Positions 40,979-52,100 of a stretch of 64,000 nt of DNA are shown here, in pieces (the first letter of the stretch is position 1; each line of letters starts with the position of its first letter). Source of the DNA: an uncultured Gemmatimonadales bacterium (GTDB lineage Bacteria > Gemmatimonadota > Gemmatimonadetes > Gemmatimonadales > GWC2-71-9); assembly GCA_963771275.1 (NCBI GenBank), contig CAVYSW010000011.1, forward strand, positions 1-64,000. Reading direction: 5' to 3'. The translations under genes and the position numbers were made by a program. The notes beneath the pieces were generated by a model. That model was not told the origin of the DNA and made no database searches. It saw nothing but the letters and a program-made list of their open reading frames with translations.

Positions 40979-41674
40979 CTATCGGCCGCTGTTGGCGTTC
41001 GCCACCGGTTGCGTCCGGTTGACGTAGCTCGCGATCGCGGCAATCTCCCCGGCGCCGAGCTTGAGATCCGGCATGCCCCACGCGTCGGGCTTGGCACGGT
41101 AGCGTGCCGGATCAGCCAGCTTGCCGGCGAGCCATTCAGCCGGGAACTGGCGCCCCGTGAGCGGCGGCCCAATGTCCAGGTCATGACGCGCGAGCATCTC
41201 GCGATCATCGCCCTTGGCGTGACAGGTGACGCACCCCTTCGACACGAAGAGCTGGCGTCCCCGGTCCTGCTCGGCTAACGGCGCGGGTGCGCGGCCCGCC
41301 GCAACGACGGGAATCGGCAGCAAGACAGACTCCGCCGCATGCCAGTTCGCATCGATCGTGAGGCGCGCCGCGCCCGTGTCCGGCGCGGTGACGGTCGCCT
41401 GGTACCGCCCCGGCGCGCCGGCCGCGATGGCTTTCACGCTGCTCCGCCCGAAGGCGAAGTGGGCGCCCCGCGGCTGGAGCGACACCGTAGGCGACAGGTC
41501 CGCCATCGGCGTCTGGCCGTGTTGGCGGACCATGAAGGTCAGGGTGGTCGGCTTGCCGGCCTCGAGGTACTCCGGCAGGCTCTCGATGGTGATGACGGCC
41601 CAGCCGCCGAACGCGGCCGGTGTGGCGGCGACCAGCAGGACGCCGATCGCCAGGATACCGATGATGCGTCGCAT
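40979..41674 (-). CDS. Secreted monoheme c-type cytochrome with an N-terminal Ig-like domain
   Basis: Signal peptide; GRQLFVSKGCVTCH; GPPLT; distal Met in GMP. Confidence 0.88.
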   Translation of the reverse strand: MRRIIGILAIGVLLVAATPAAFGGWAVITIESLPEYLEAGKPTTLTFMVRQHGQTPMADLSPTVSLQPRGAHFAFGRSSVKAIAAGAPGRYQATVTAPDTGAARLTIDANWHAAESVLLPIPVVAAGRAPAPLAEQDRGRQLFVSKGCVTCHAKGDDREMLARHDLDIGPPLTGRQFPAEWLAGKLADPARYRAKPDAWGMPDLKLGAGEIAAIASYVNRTQPVANANSGR

Positions 41675-41689
41675 GGACCCCTCCCGTGG

Positions 41690-42750
41690 TCAGCGGATCA
41701 CGAACTCCCAGAGCCGCCGGCCGAGACGGGTCCACCACCCCTGGGCCTCCTCGGACCACATCGGGTTCAAGTCCCGCCGCCAGCGCTCGAGCATGGGACG
41801 GTCGAGCGCGAGGATTCCTTCCCTGGTCACGCCGTCGGGCGGCGGCGACAGCTGCGCGAGCCGGCTGTACACCCGTGCGCGCGGTGCCGGACCGACCCGC
41901 TGCAGCAAATGCCACAACGTTATGCCGCTCGTCTTGCGCAGCGTGACAGCGCCGAGTGGCACGGTCAGCGCGTCGAACACGACCTGGAGATCAGCCTGGG
42001 TGGCCGTTCCGTCGTCGAGCCGATGCAGCGCGTCGCGCGCGGCGGGCGGGAAACCCTGGGAATAGGGGGTGCCGGGCCGGCCGCCGACCTCGACCTCGGC
42101 CACGAGTCCCGCGGGCACCAGGGACACGACTCCCCCCCCTTCAACTCCACCCAGCCGGCCGTGACGCTCAGCCGGCTCGATCCCGTGGTGTCGACGTCGA
42201 GGACGTAGGCGCAGCCGAGGTCGGTGGCGCGCGCCGACGGCGTCTCGACGACGAACAGCCGGGGTGGCGCCGCGACCACCGCGTGGAGCGAGCCCTGCTG
42301 AACGGTGAGCCGGTGTTCCGTGAAGCCGCGATCGAGCCGCACGCGGCTGTTGGGGCCCACTTCCACCGTGCCGATCCGGCCTACCGTGAGCCGGGCGCGC
42401 GAGGTCGAGTCGGTGACGAGCCACTCGCCGGCGGCGAGGTCCCCCGTCCGGGCCAGGGCCGTTCCGTTTACCGCGGGGCTGCCCGCCAGCGCCTGCACCA
42501 CCCAGCGGGACGGTGCCCGGAAGGAACGCAGCGTGCCCACCAGGGAGCCGCCCACGACGGCGAGCAGCAGGACGGCCGCCGCGAGCCAGGAGGGCACCGT
42601 GCGTCGGATCAACGGGACCGCGGCCGGCGCTCGCGGCGCGTCCAACTCAGCCCGGATCGCGGTCCACATCGCCTCCGGCGCGGGCGCGTGCCACAGTGGG
42701 AGATGGCGGAGCATCCGCTCCGCCTCCCATCGGTCAGGCGTCGGTGACAT
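41690..42750 (-). CDS. FecR-domain anti-sigma factor (frameshift near 42135)
   Basis: Single TM, then WLVTDSTSRARLTVGRIGTVEVGPNSRV...FVVETPSARATDLGC. The helical C-terminus TLWHLL... is in the next frame. Confidence 0.8.
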
Positions 42751-43336
42751 CGGTGGACTCCGCGGGCGGGCGGCCCGGCGCCAGGTAGGCCAGCGTCCGC
42801 GCGAGGACCGCGTGGGCGCGATTGAGCCGCGAGGCGACGGTTCCCGCCGAGCAGCCCAGCGCGCGCGCGATCTCGTCGTACGACAGATCGTCGAAGTACC
42901 GCAGCAGCACCACCATGCGCAGCTTGGGCGACAGCCGTTCGACCGCCGTCGACACGTCGCTCCCGAGATCTGACGGGCCGGCGGGATCGAGGTGCCCAGC
43001 GCGCCAGGAGCGACGGCGACATATCGCCGAACAGCACGACCCGGCGCCGCCGTCGGAGCTCGTCGATGCACGCGTTGGCCGACGATGCGGTAGAGCCAGG
43101 TGGACAGCCGCGCGTCGGCGCGAAACGACGGGGCGGCCCGGAAGACCTTCACGAAGACCTCCTGGGTCACGTCCTTGGCCGCGGCGTCATCGCCCTGCAG
43201 GTAAGTGCCAGGCGATGGAAAAGACGCGGTCCCGATACCGCTCGAAGACGTGACGCTGTGCGACGGGGTCGCCCCGGCGGCAGCCATCGAGGATATCGGG
43301 GCCGAGCTCCGGCTCCGCCACTAGGCGCGTCCCCAT
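42734..43336 (-). CDS. ECF sigma-70 factor (frameshifted)
   Basis: AKDVTQEVFVKVF, STWLYRIV (region 2); LRYFDDLSYDEIARALGCSAGTVASRLNRA (region 4). Confidence 0.88.
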
Positions 43337-43382
43337 GCTTGCCTTGTTGGACGGCCCGGCGCGCCGGATTCTTCCGTCCCGA

Positions 43383-43922
43383 TCAGATCGCCAACCTCAC
43401 CCCCACGCCGAGGCGCCCGTCGGGGCCAGCAGGCGACCCCGGGCCGATGCCGTCGAGCGGCACGGTCTGCCAGCGCTCGGTCCTCACCAAGAGACCGACG
43501 ACCGGGCCGGTGCCCGCGCCGATCGGGGCGAGCAGGACCGCACCCAGGAACGCGCTGGCACCGGAACCGATCAGCCAGTCGGTGTCGTTGTGTCCCGCCA
43601 CACCGACAATCACGCCGGTCACGGCGCCGACCGCGAACCCAATCGCCGCTCCGGTCATCCAGTGCGAGTGCCGACCGCGGCTCACCTGCAGGCGGTCGAC
43701 CGTCGCGAGCGGGACCGCCGTTGCCACGCTGCGGTCATCGTCGCGTACCATCAGCGTGTCCGCTCGGACGCCCTCGAACACACCGACCAACTCCGCCGTG
43801 TGCGCGACGGTAGACCGCACGCGCATGCGCTGACCAGGCTGGAGGGGCCCTCCCGCCTGCGCGACCGCGGCGGACCGGGCAGCACCCGCGAGCAACAGAA
43901 TGAGTAGCACAGCACACCGCAT
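43383..43922 (-). CDS. Secreted/membrane hypothetical protein with Gly-zipper helices
   Basis: GGAGG RBS; signal peptide; PGQRMRV...LQVSRG; GAAIG..GA..G; ERWQTV. Confidence 0.75.
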   Translation of the reverse strand: MRCAVLLILLLAGAARSAAVAQAGGPLQPGQRMRVRSTVAHTAELVGVFEGVRADTLMVRDDDRSVATAVPLATVDRLQVSRGRHSHWMTGAAIGFAVGAVTGVIVGVAGHNDTDWLIGSGASAFLGAVLLAPIGAGTGPVVGLLVRTERWQTVPLDGIGPGSPAGPDGRLGVGVRLAI

Positions 43923-43989
43923 GGGGACCTCCGGTGCTCGGGAATAGGATCCTCGGCCCAGCGGGATACCGCCGGCCCACCCAACAGCC

Positions 43990-45417
43990 CTACTGCACCC
44001 GCACCAGCCGGAACCCGTCGTCCCGGTAGATCCCGGACGGGTCCTGCGCGAATCGCTGCGCGACCCGGCATTGGCCCGCGGAGTCCTCCCAGGACCCGCT
44101 GCGCAGTACCCGGCCCGAGCCGATGGCCGGCCCCGTGGGGTCCGTCCCCGGGCTGGTGGAGTAGTAAGACGGGTCATACCAGTCCTGCACCCACTCCCGC
44201 ACGTTGCCGCTCATGTCGTACAGCCCGAGTCCGTTGGGCGCCTTCTGCCCCACCGGGTGCGTGGCGGTGTTGCTGTTATCCAAGAACCACGCCACGTCCC
44301 CCACGGTGTTGGAGCCCGCCCACTCCGTGCCGTCGCCCGGCGCCGGTCCACCCTTGGCCGCATACTCCCACTCGGCCTCGGTCGGCAATCGGTAGCACCC
44401 CGACTCCGTGGTGCAGCCCGCGTGGCCGTTCGCCGTGTTGAGCGCGGCGATGAACTGCTGCGCCATCTCCCAGGAGACCTGCTCCACCGGGCAGTTGTCG
44501 CAGCCCGCGTGGTTTGCCGGGCTGGTCCCCATGACCGCCCGCCACTCGGCCTGGGTCACTTCGTACTTGCCGAGGTAGAACGCCTGGGTGAGCGCGACGG
44601 TGTGCACGGGGAGCTCCTCGGGCATCCCGTCGCCGACCTGGTCCCCCATCTCGAACGTTCCCGCGGGCACGAGCACGAACTCCATGTCGAACGCGGCCGC
44701 GGTGAACGACCAGGTGACGTCGGCACCCACGGGATTCCCCGCGAGGTCGGTGATCGTCCCCGCGATCTTGGCCGTGTACTGCGCGCCGAACCCGAGCGGT
44801 TCGGCGGGCACGAACGTCCATGTCGCCCAGGTCTCTCCAATGCCCACGTCGCCAGCCACGGGACCGCCGGGCCCGGTGAGCGAGAAGCTGGAAGCGGTGA
44901 TGTTCCGCCCGTCGATCAGTTCGCTGAAGGTGACCACGACCGCGGCCAGCTTCGTTGGCACGGCCGTTGCCCCGGGCGCGGGGCTGCGGCTCACCACCGT
45001 GGGCGGCGTGTTGTCGGTCGCGGTCTTCTGGAACACCATTTCCAATTGCGCGCCGTACCAGCTGAGCGTGAGCCGCGTGCCGCTAAGCTCGGCCGTTTCG
45101 GTGCGGACGCCATGCTCCTCGGTGAACGTCAGGACGGTGCCACTGCGCGCCCACGTCCCCGATTCCGACTCCATGTCGGTCTCGCCGTCGATCGTCTGGC
45201 CGATGGTGACGAGGGAGAGATACGAGTCGTCCCCGTTGAGTCGGAGGACCCCGGCGGTGAGCAGGGTCGTGTCGAGACCGGACACATCGAGGATGTAGGG
45301 GAGCGGCTGTCCCTCAACGGTCGTGAGGGCATACGTGCCAACCACGTCCTCCGGGCTCGTCGATTCGCCGCAGGCGAACAGGACGAGCACGGTCGCAAGC
45401 ACCGCTCCGATACGCAT
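43990..45417 (-). CDS. Lipoprotein: lipocalin-like + Ig-like (Big_5) + FGE-sulfatase/SUMF1 domain
   Basis: Lipobox LFAC; DNTPPTVVSRSP...TFSE; PAGTFEMG, YEVT, RLPTEAEWEYA, GLYDMSGNVREW, GFR. Confidence 0.9.
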   Translation of the reverse strand: MRIGAVLATVLVLFACGESTSPEDVVGTYALTTVEGQPLPYILDVSGLDTTLLTAGVLRLNGDDSYLSLVTIGQTIDGETDMESESGTWARSGTVLTFTEEHGVRTETAELSGTRLTLSWYGAQLEMVFQKTATDNTPPTVVSRSPAPGATAVPTKLAAVVVTFSELIDGRNITASSFSLTGPGGPVAGDVGIGETWATWTFVPAEPLGFGAQYTAKIAGTITDLAGNPVGADVTWSFTAAAFDMEFVLVPAGTFEMGDQVGDGMPEELPVHTVALTQAFYLGKYEVTQAEWRAVMGTSPANHAGCDNCPVEQVSWEMAQQFIAALNTANGHAGCTTESGCYRLPTEAEWEYAAKGGPAPGDGTEWAGSNTVGDVAWFLDNSNTATHPVGQKAPNGLGLYDMSGNVREWVQDWYDPSYYSTSPGTDPTGPAIGSGRVLRSGSWEDSAGQCRVAQRFAQDPSGIYRDDGFRLVRVQ

Positions 45418-45572
45418 AAGGGCCCCCGCCGCATTGGGATCGAGGCCCCGTCCACCTGCGCCGGCCGCCGTAGGCGACGACCGCGATCGTAAGCGACCGT
45501 TAACATGCGCCCCGCACCCTGGTCGCGCTACAAAGTGGATTTGTCGGAATTCGTGGTGCCGCTGCCACACGA

Positions 45573-45605
45573 ACGCCCCGTGCGGGGATACCCTGCACGA
45601 GGCGT
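45573..45605 (-). terminator. Hairpin downstream of the tricorn gene
   Basis: ACGCCCCGTGCGGG-loop-CCTGCACGAGGCGT. Confidence 0.55.
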
Positions 45606-45633
45606 CGTGGCCTACTCGGCTACTCGCTTTGCG

Positions 45634-48600
45634 TCAGCCGCGACGCTTCCCCCAGATCGGCGGCGGCGGTTCCGTCGTCGCCCGGTCCACCGGGTGCTCG
45701 TTCAGTATCCGGAGCGCCTCTTGTACCGCGCGCTCGAGCTGTGGGTCGTGGCCCGCGATCACGTCCTTGGGCCAGTTCTCGACGTCGATGTCCGGGCCCA
45801 CTCCCTCGTTTTCGACCGCCCACTTGCCGTCGCGCGAGAAGAACCCGCCGCGCGGCGCGATCATCGAGCCGCCGTCGATGAACGGCGGCGTGTCGGCCGT
45901 ATGCACCAGCCCGCCCCAGGTGCGCTTCCCCACCAGCAGGCCGATCTTGCGGTAGTGGAACATGTACGGCATCAGGTCGCCGCCCGAGCCGGCCATTTCG
46001 TTGATGATCATGACCTTCGGGCCCCAGATGCCGGCGGCGGGGCTGGTGAACGGGTAGCGCTCGTCCGCCACATTGTTGAAGTAGCCGTCGAAGTGCCGTC
46101 TCCAGCACGTCGATGATGTAGTCGGCCGCCGAGCCGCCGCCGTTGAACCGCTCGTCGATGATCGCGCCCTGCTTGTCCTGCTGCGCGAAATAGTAGCGGT
46201 TGAAGCTGGTGTAGCCCGGCTGCCCCGTGTTGGGGAGATGGACGTAGGCGAGCTTCCCGCCCGAGAGCGAGTCCACCAGCCGACGATTGGACTCCACCCA
46301 CGCGCGCGTGCGCAGGCCCTGCTCGTTCGCGACCGGCACGACCGTCACCGTCCGCGCTCCCTCGGCAACCGGGCGCGCGTTCACCATGAGCACGGTCTGC
46401 TTGTCGGCCGTGCCGTCCAGCAGGCGATGAATGTTGTCGGGCGCCCTGAGATCGACGCCGTTGATGGCGAGCACGTAGTCACCCACCCGCACGTCCACGC
46501 CCGGGGCCGCGAGCGGCGCCCGCAACTCGGGGTTCCAGCTCTCCGCATCGTAGATCCGCGCGATCTTGTAGCGACCGCCGTCGATCGTGAAGTCGGCACC
46601 GAGCACCCCCCCGGTCGTCTGCGGCACCTCCGGCATGTCGCCGCCGCGCACGTACGAGTGCCCGATCGCGATCTCGGCGCCCATGTTGTCGAGCAGGTAG
46701 TTGAGATCGGCGCGGTGCATCGCATAGGGCAGGAACTGGCCGTACATCTCCTTGTCTTTCACCCAGTCGGTGCCGTGCAGGTTCGGCACGTAGAGATAGT
46801 CGCGCTGGTTACGCCATCCCTCGTGGAAGATCTGCCTGAACTCGGCCACCGGATCGAGGTACATCGTGAGCGTGACGGGGAGCCGTCCCTGCCCCGCCTG
46901 CGGCGGGGTGCGGTCGGCGTCCACCAGGAACAGACTCGGTCCACTGCTGCCCCTGCCGCCCCGGCCACCAACCACCACCACCGCCGCCGGCCGTGCGATA
47001 GAGCAGCTTGCGGCCGTCGGCGCTCACCGCGAAGTCGGCGACGCCGGCCGCGAACTGCTGGGCCCGACGGTCGCTCAGCCGGTACCGCTGCAACGTGGAG
47101 CCGCCACCGCCGAAGCCCCCGCCCCCGCCCCCGCCCCCGCCGGCCGCCAGCTCGCGATAGAACACCGTCCCCGCCGCACCCGCCGCGAGCTGCGCGTACT
47201 GGCGCACCGGCACGCCCGGCACCGAGAGGATCCGCTGCGACAGGCCGGCGAAATCGATCTGCACCGTGACCGGCCCGGATGCGCCGCGACCCGCCGACGG
47301 CGGGCCGGCGGCGCTGTCACCCACAGCCCCCGGACCCCGACCGCGGCCGCCCGCCCCGCGCGGCAGCGCCACCACGCCGCTGTCCTCGTCACTCTCGGGC
47401 AGCAGTGGCGAGGCCTCGCCCGTCTTCAGCACGGCGAAGTACAGCCCGAAGGTCTCCTCGTGATCGTAGGACGTCATGTCGAGCCACTGTGACCGCAGAC
47501 CGAAGTCGGTGGACGCGAGGAACCAGAGGTACTTCCCGCTGGCGTCCCACGCCGGCCACACCGCGTCGGCGAGCCCGTCGGTGACCTGGTGCGTCTCGCC
47601 CGTCTCCGCGTCGCTTACGAAGATCGCGTGGTACAGCGACCGCAGCCGGCTGGAGTAGGCGACCCACTTCGAGTCCGGGCTCCACACCGGGTTCAAGGTC
47701 CGCTGCGGCACCATCCACGGATCGTGGCCCACGATCTTCGCCTTGCCCGTCGCCACGTCCAGCACCCACACGTTGAGCTTGGTGTCGGTGAACAGGAGCT
47801 TCTTCGAGTCGGGAGACCAGGATGGTGTGTAGTAGTGCGTGGGGTTCTGCAGCGGGATCACCCGGGGCGGCGTGATCCCATCCTGGCCCTCGATCACGAG
47901 CTGATACTCGCCCGACTTGTCGCTGAAGTACGACACCCACTTCCCGTCGGGCGACCAGGCCGGGTCGCGCTCGGCGGATCCGGCCGCATTGCTGAGGTTT
48001 CGCACGTCGCCCTTCTCGGCCGGGATCGTGAAGATCTCGCCGCGCGCCTCCACCACGGCGCGCTTCCCGGTGGGGGAGAGCGCCATGCTCGTCATCCGGG
48101 TGGTGGCGTCCTCCCAGCGCGGCATCATCCAGGGGAAGTCTCCGGCGGCCGTGATCGGCACCACGCGCTCGCGGCCCGTCTGCGGATCCAGCTCGTGGAC
48201 CTGGAACGCCTGCTCGAACACCACCGCGCCGGCGCCCGCGTCCAGCGCCTTGACGTCGAAGTCCCGGAAGTGCGTCACCTCGGTGAGCCGCTTGGTCTTC
48301 GTGTCGTACGACCAGATGTTCGCGACGCCGTCGCGGTCCGAGATGAAGTACACGACGTCGCCGACCCACACCGGGTCGACGTCCTTGGAGTCAATCCACG
48401 GCGGCGACTCGAGATCGTAGCTCGCGAGATTCACGATCCAGACGGGCCGATTCTGGCCGCCGCGATAATTGCGACGCTCCTCGTCCCACGAGGTGTTCAT
48501 GCGGTACGCGATGCGCGTGCCGTCGGGCGAGAGCTTGCCCTGATAGGCGCGCGGGATCGGCAGCGCGTCGGGCACCCCGCCCTCCGCCGGGATGGTCCAG

Positions 48601-49022
48601 AAGCGCGGCGCGCCGGACGGCGCCCACGTCGCCCGCGTCGAGCTGAACAGCACGGCCTTGCCGTCCGGCGTCCAGCCCTGCACCAAGTCGGGCGACGGGT
48701 GCCACGTCAGGCGCCTGGGCTCGCCTCCCTGGGCGGGCACCACGTACACGTCCAGATTGCCGCCGTACTCGGCGCTGAACGCGATCGCCTTGCCGTCGGG
48801 CGAGAAGCGCGGGTTCGACGTCTGACCCTGGAAGCTCGTGATCCGCCGGGCGGCGCCACCGGCACGGTCCACCACCCAGATGTTGCTGGCATACGCGAAC
48901 GCGATCTGCGTGGCGCTCACCGTGGGCTGCCGCAGCAGCCTGGTCTGCGCGGAGAGCGGCAGGCCGGCACCAAGGGCGACGACCAGGAATACCAGAGCAC
49001 GTGAGCAGCGGGGGACGGGCAT
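45634..49022 (-). CDS. Tricorn protease-like S41 peptidase (two frameshifts, near 46950 and 46095)
   Basis: Signal peptide; TRLLRQP, YRGGQ, PD40-type repeats, GHSY, PDZ, DERFNGGG, AGSGGD, GKRTWGG, ENEGVGPD. Confidence 0.92.
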
Positions 49023-49194
49023 CTCTGCCTCCGAGTGACTGCAACCGGGACGAAGCGGGGGGACAGCGCGGGAAACATGGCCGAGGGGCTGTTCCGCGGG
49101 AAGGGCCGCGTGGCGCCCGTTGCGGACTGCCGCCTGACTTGGCGGGCGTCCCGGCCCTAGCTTACTCCTTGACCCCTCTTCCGGACCGCGCTCC

Positions 49195-52100
49195 ATGCTC
49201 TCCCCGCGACTCCTCGCGCTGTCCCTCGCCGCCGCCGCATTCCAGGGCAACGGCTCCGACGACCTGCAGGTGCTGCGGCACCTGCCGCAAGACGACGCGG
49301 CACCAACCGCCGTCATCCTGATCACGTTCGATCGGCCGGTGGCGGAGGATCTCGATCGCAGCGTGCCGGCCGCGAGCGTCCTGTCGATCGAGCCGGCGGT
49401 CTCCGGCAAGGCGGACTGGCGGGATCCCGTGACCCTGCGGTTCACGCCGAGCGAGCTGCTCCCGATCGGGACGCGGTACACGGTGTCCGTCTCGAACGCG
49501 TTCACCGCATCCGACGGCAGTCGCCTCGCGGAGCCGTACCGCTTTGTGTTCCGCGTGCGCGGGCCGAGCGTCCTGGCCAACTCGATCGCGACGCTGGGCG
49601 ACGCGGCGCAATACGTCGACACCCGCCCGCGCATCGCCCTGGTCATGTCCGGGCCGGGTGACTTCCAGCTGCTGACGCGCACCGCCTGGATCGAGCTCGC
49701 GCCGCAGTGCGGGGGGGAGCGCGTGGTGCGCCTGACGCTGGTCGGCGACCGCGCGATCGACGACCGCGACCCCTGGCAGTATCGCCGCTGGACCCGCGAC
49801 GACGACACCGGCGATCGCGGAGACCGGGTGCGCCTGGTCGAGCTCGCGCCGGTGCGGGCGCTGCCGCGCGACTGCGCCGCCGTACTCAACCTCCCGCAAC
49901 GCGCCGACACGGAGCTGCCCGGCGAGCCGCGGCGCTGGGCGTTCCATACGTACGGCCCCTTGCGGCTGCTCGAGGCCCGCTGCGGCACCGAGCGCTGGTG
50001 CGCCACTGGGCCGCTCCGCCTGCGCTTCTCGACACCGGTCAGGGGTGCGGCGCTGGCGGCCGCCCTCCGGCTCACGCCACCCGCCGCCATTCTCTGGAAC
50101 GACACGGCCGCCGAGCGGTCGGAATGGTGGCTCAGCGGCGAGCTCAAGCCGCGGACGACGTACATCGTGGTGCTCGACAGCGCCCTCCGCGACGTGTTCG
50201 GCCAGCGGCTGGGGCCGGTGGAGGGGCAGGTCGCCCGCACGACGGGGTACACCCCCTACGTGCAGTACCCCTTGGGCCGGCTGCTCGTCGAGCGCGCCGC
50301 GTCGCGCACCCTCGCGCTCACCTACATGAACGTGGGCACGGTCGTGGCGGCGACCACGCCGATCCCCGACTCGCTGTTGCCGGAGCTGCTCGGCCGTCCG
50401 TGGGGACATGCCGAGCTGCTGGCCCAGCTCGGGGGCTCCCGCATCGACACCCTCGCCGTGCAGCACCAGAATGACCGGGCCGGCATCGCCGTGCTCCAGC
50501 TTCCCGCGTGGAACGCGCAGCGCCCCGCGAGCCCCGGCCTCGTGGCCGTCCAGGCGGACACGTCGCTCAAGGACCTGCGGCGCGCGCCGGTGGCGCTCGT
50601 GCAGGTCACCGATCTCGCCGTGCACGCGCGGCTCGGGCTCGCGGATGGGGCGGTCTGGGTCGTCGGCGCCGGCGACGGCAGGCCGCGGCAGGGGGCGGAC
50701 GTGACCCTGTACGACGGCCACGGCCGCGTCCGACTGCGCGGCACGACCGACGCCCAGGGCCTGGTGCGGTTCCCCGCCCTGCCCCCCCAGCCTCCCGATA
50801 CGGCCGACGCCGAAGCGGATTGGTACCGCCGCAGCTTCGACGGCTACGTGACGGCGGTGCTGGGCAACGACCGGGCGATCGCGACGCTCTCCCAGAGCGA
50901 CTGGGAGCTCAATCCGTGGCGGTTCAACGTGCGCGGCGCGTGGGGCGGCGAGCGCGCACCGGTCGCCGCCGCCGTGTTCACCGAGCGCGGTATCTACCGC
51001 CCCGGCGAGATCGTCCACGCCAAGCTGATCGTGCGGCGCGGGCTGCTCGGCACACTGGCCCCGCCGGCTGCCGGCGACTCGGCGCGCGTCAAGTTCACTG
51101 ACCGCGAAGGCGAGACCGTGCGTGACACCGTGGTGCGGCTCTCCGAGTTCGGCACCGCCGACGAGGCACTCACCGTGCCGGACGGCGCCGCGCTCGGGAG
51201 CTACCAGGTGGAGGTGGCGGCGGTCGCCGACGGCCAATGGAGCTGGATCGGCAACGCCGGGTACCGCGTGGCCGAATACCGCCCGCCCGAGTTCCTCGCC
51301 GACGCGCGCGCCGCCGACACGGTGCGCCTGGCGGGCGACTCGCTCACCGTGACGATCGATGGGCGCTATCTGTTCGGCGCGCCGATGGCCGGGGCGGCGC
51401 TTCAGTGGGCCCTTACGCGGACGAGCGTCACCCCCTGGGAGCTGCGCATTCCCGGGACCGAGCGGTTCTCGCTCACCGAGGCCCGCTGGTGGTGGGAGGA
51501 GACCTCGTCGTTCCCGGCGGTGGTCGCCCAGGGCGCCGACTCGCTCGACGCGGACGGCGCGCTCAGCCTCACGCAGGCGCTGCCGCCGGCGGAAGCCGGG
51601 CAGCCGTACCGCGCGACCGTGACCGCCACGATCATGGACGTGAACCGCCAGACCGCGTCGGCGTCGGCCGGCGCGCTGGTGCATCCCGCCGCGTTCTACC
51701 TCGGCGCGCGCGCCGCGGGTGACGAGTACTTCTGGCGGGCGGGCCGGCCGCACGAGGCCGAGGTGATCGCGGTGCGCCCGAACGGCGCGCGCGTGCCCGG
51801 GGTCGCCGTCACCGGTGTGCTCGTGCGGCGCGAGTGGCACCGCGTCCGCCGCGAGCGGGGCGGCTACAGCGAGATCGTGGGCGAGTGGGTGGCGGACACG
51901 GTCGGCACGTGCGCCGTCACCACGACCGCGGACGGGCCGGCTCGCTGCCGCGTGAGCCCCACGGCCGCCGGCCAGTACACGCTCCGCTTCACTGCGGTCG
52001 ACCCGGCCGGCCACGCGGTCGCCGCCGGCCTGTACCGCTGGGTGACCGGCGCGGACTGGGTGCCCTGGTTCGACGAGACGCAGCTCAAGATGGACGTCGT

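Noticed and set aside
43990..44110. Diversity-generating retroelement at the FGE-domain C-terminus
   Set aside because: No reverse transcriptase or template repeat was recognised in the window.
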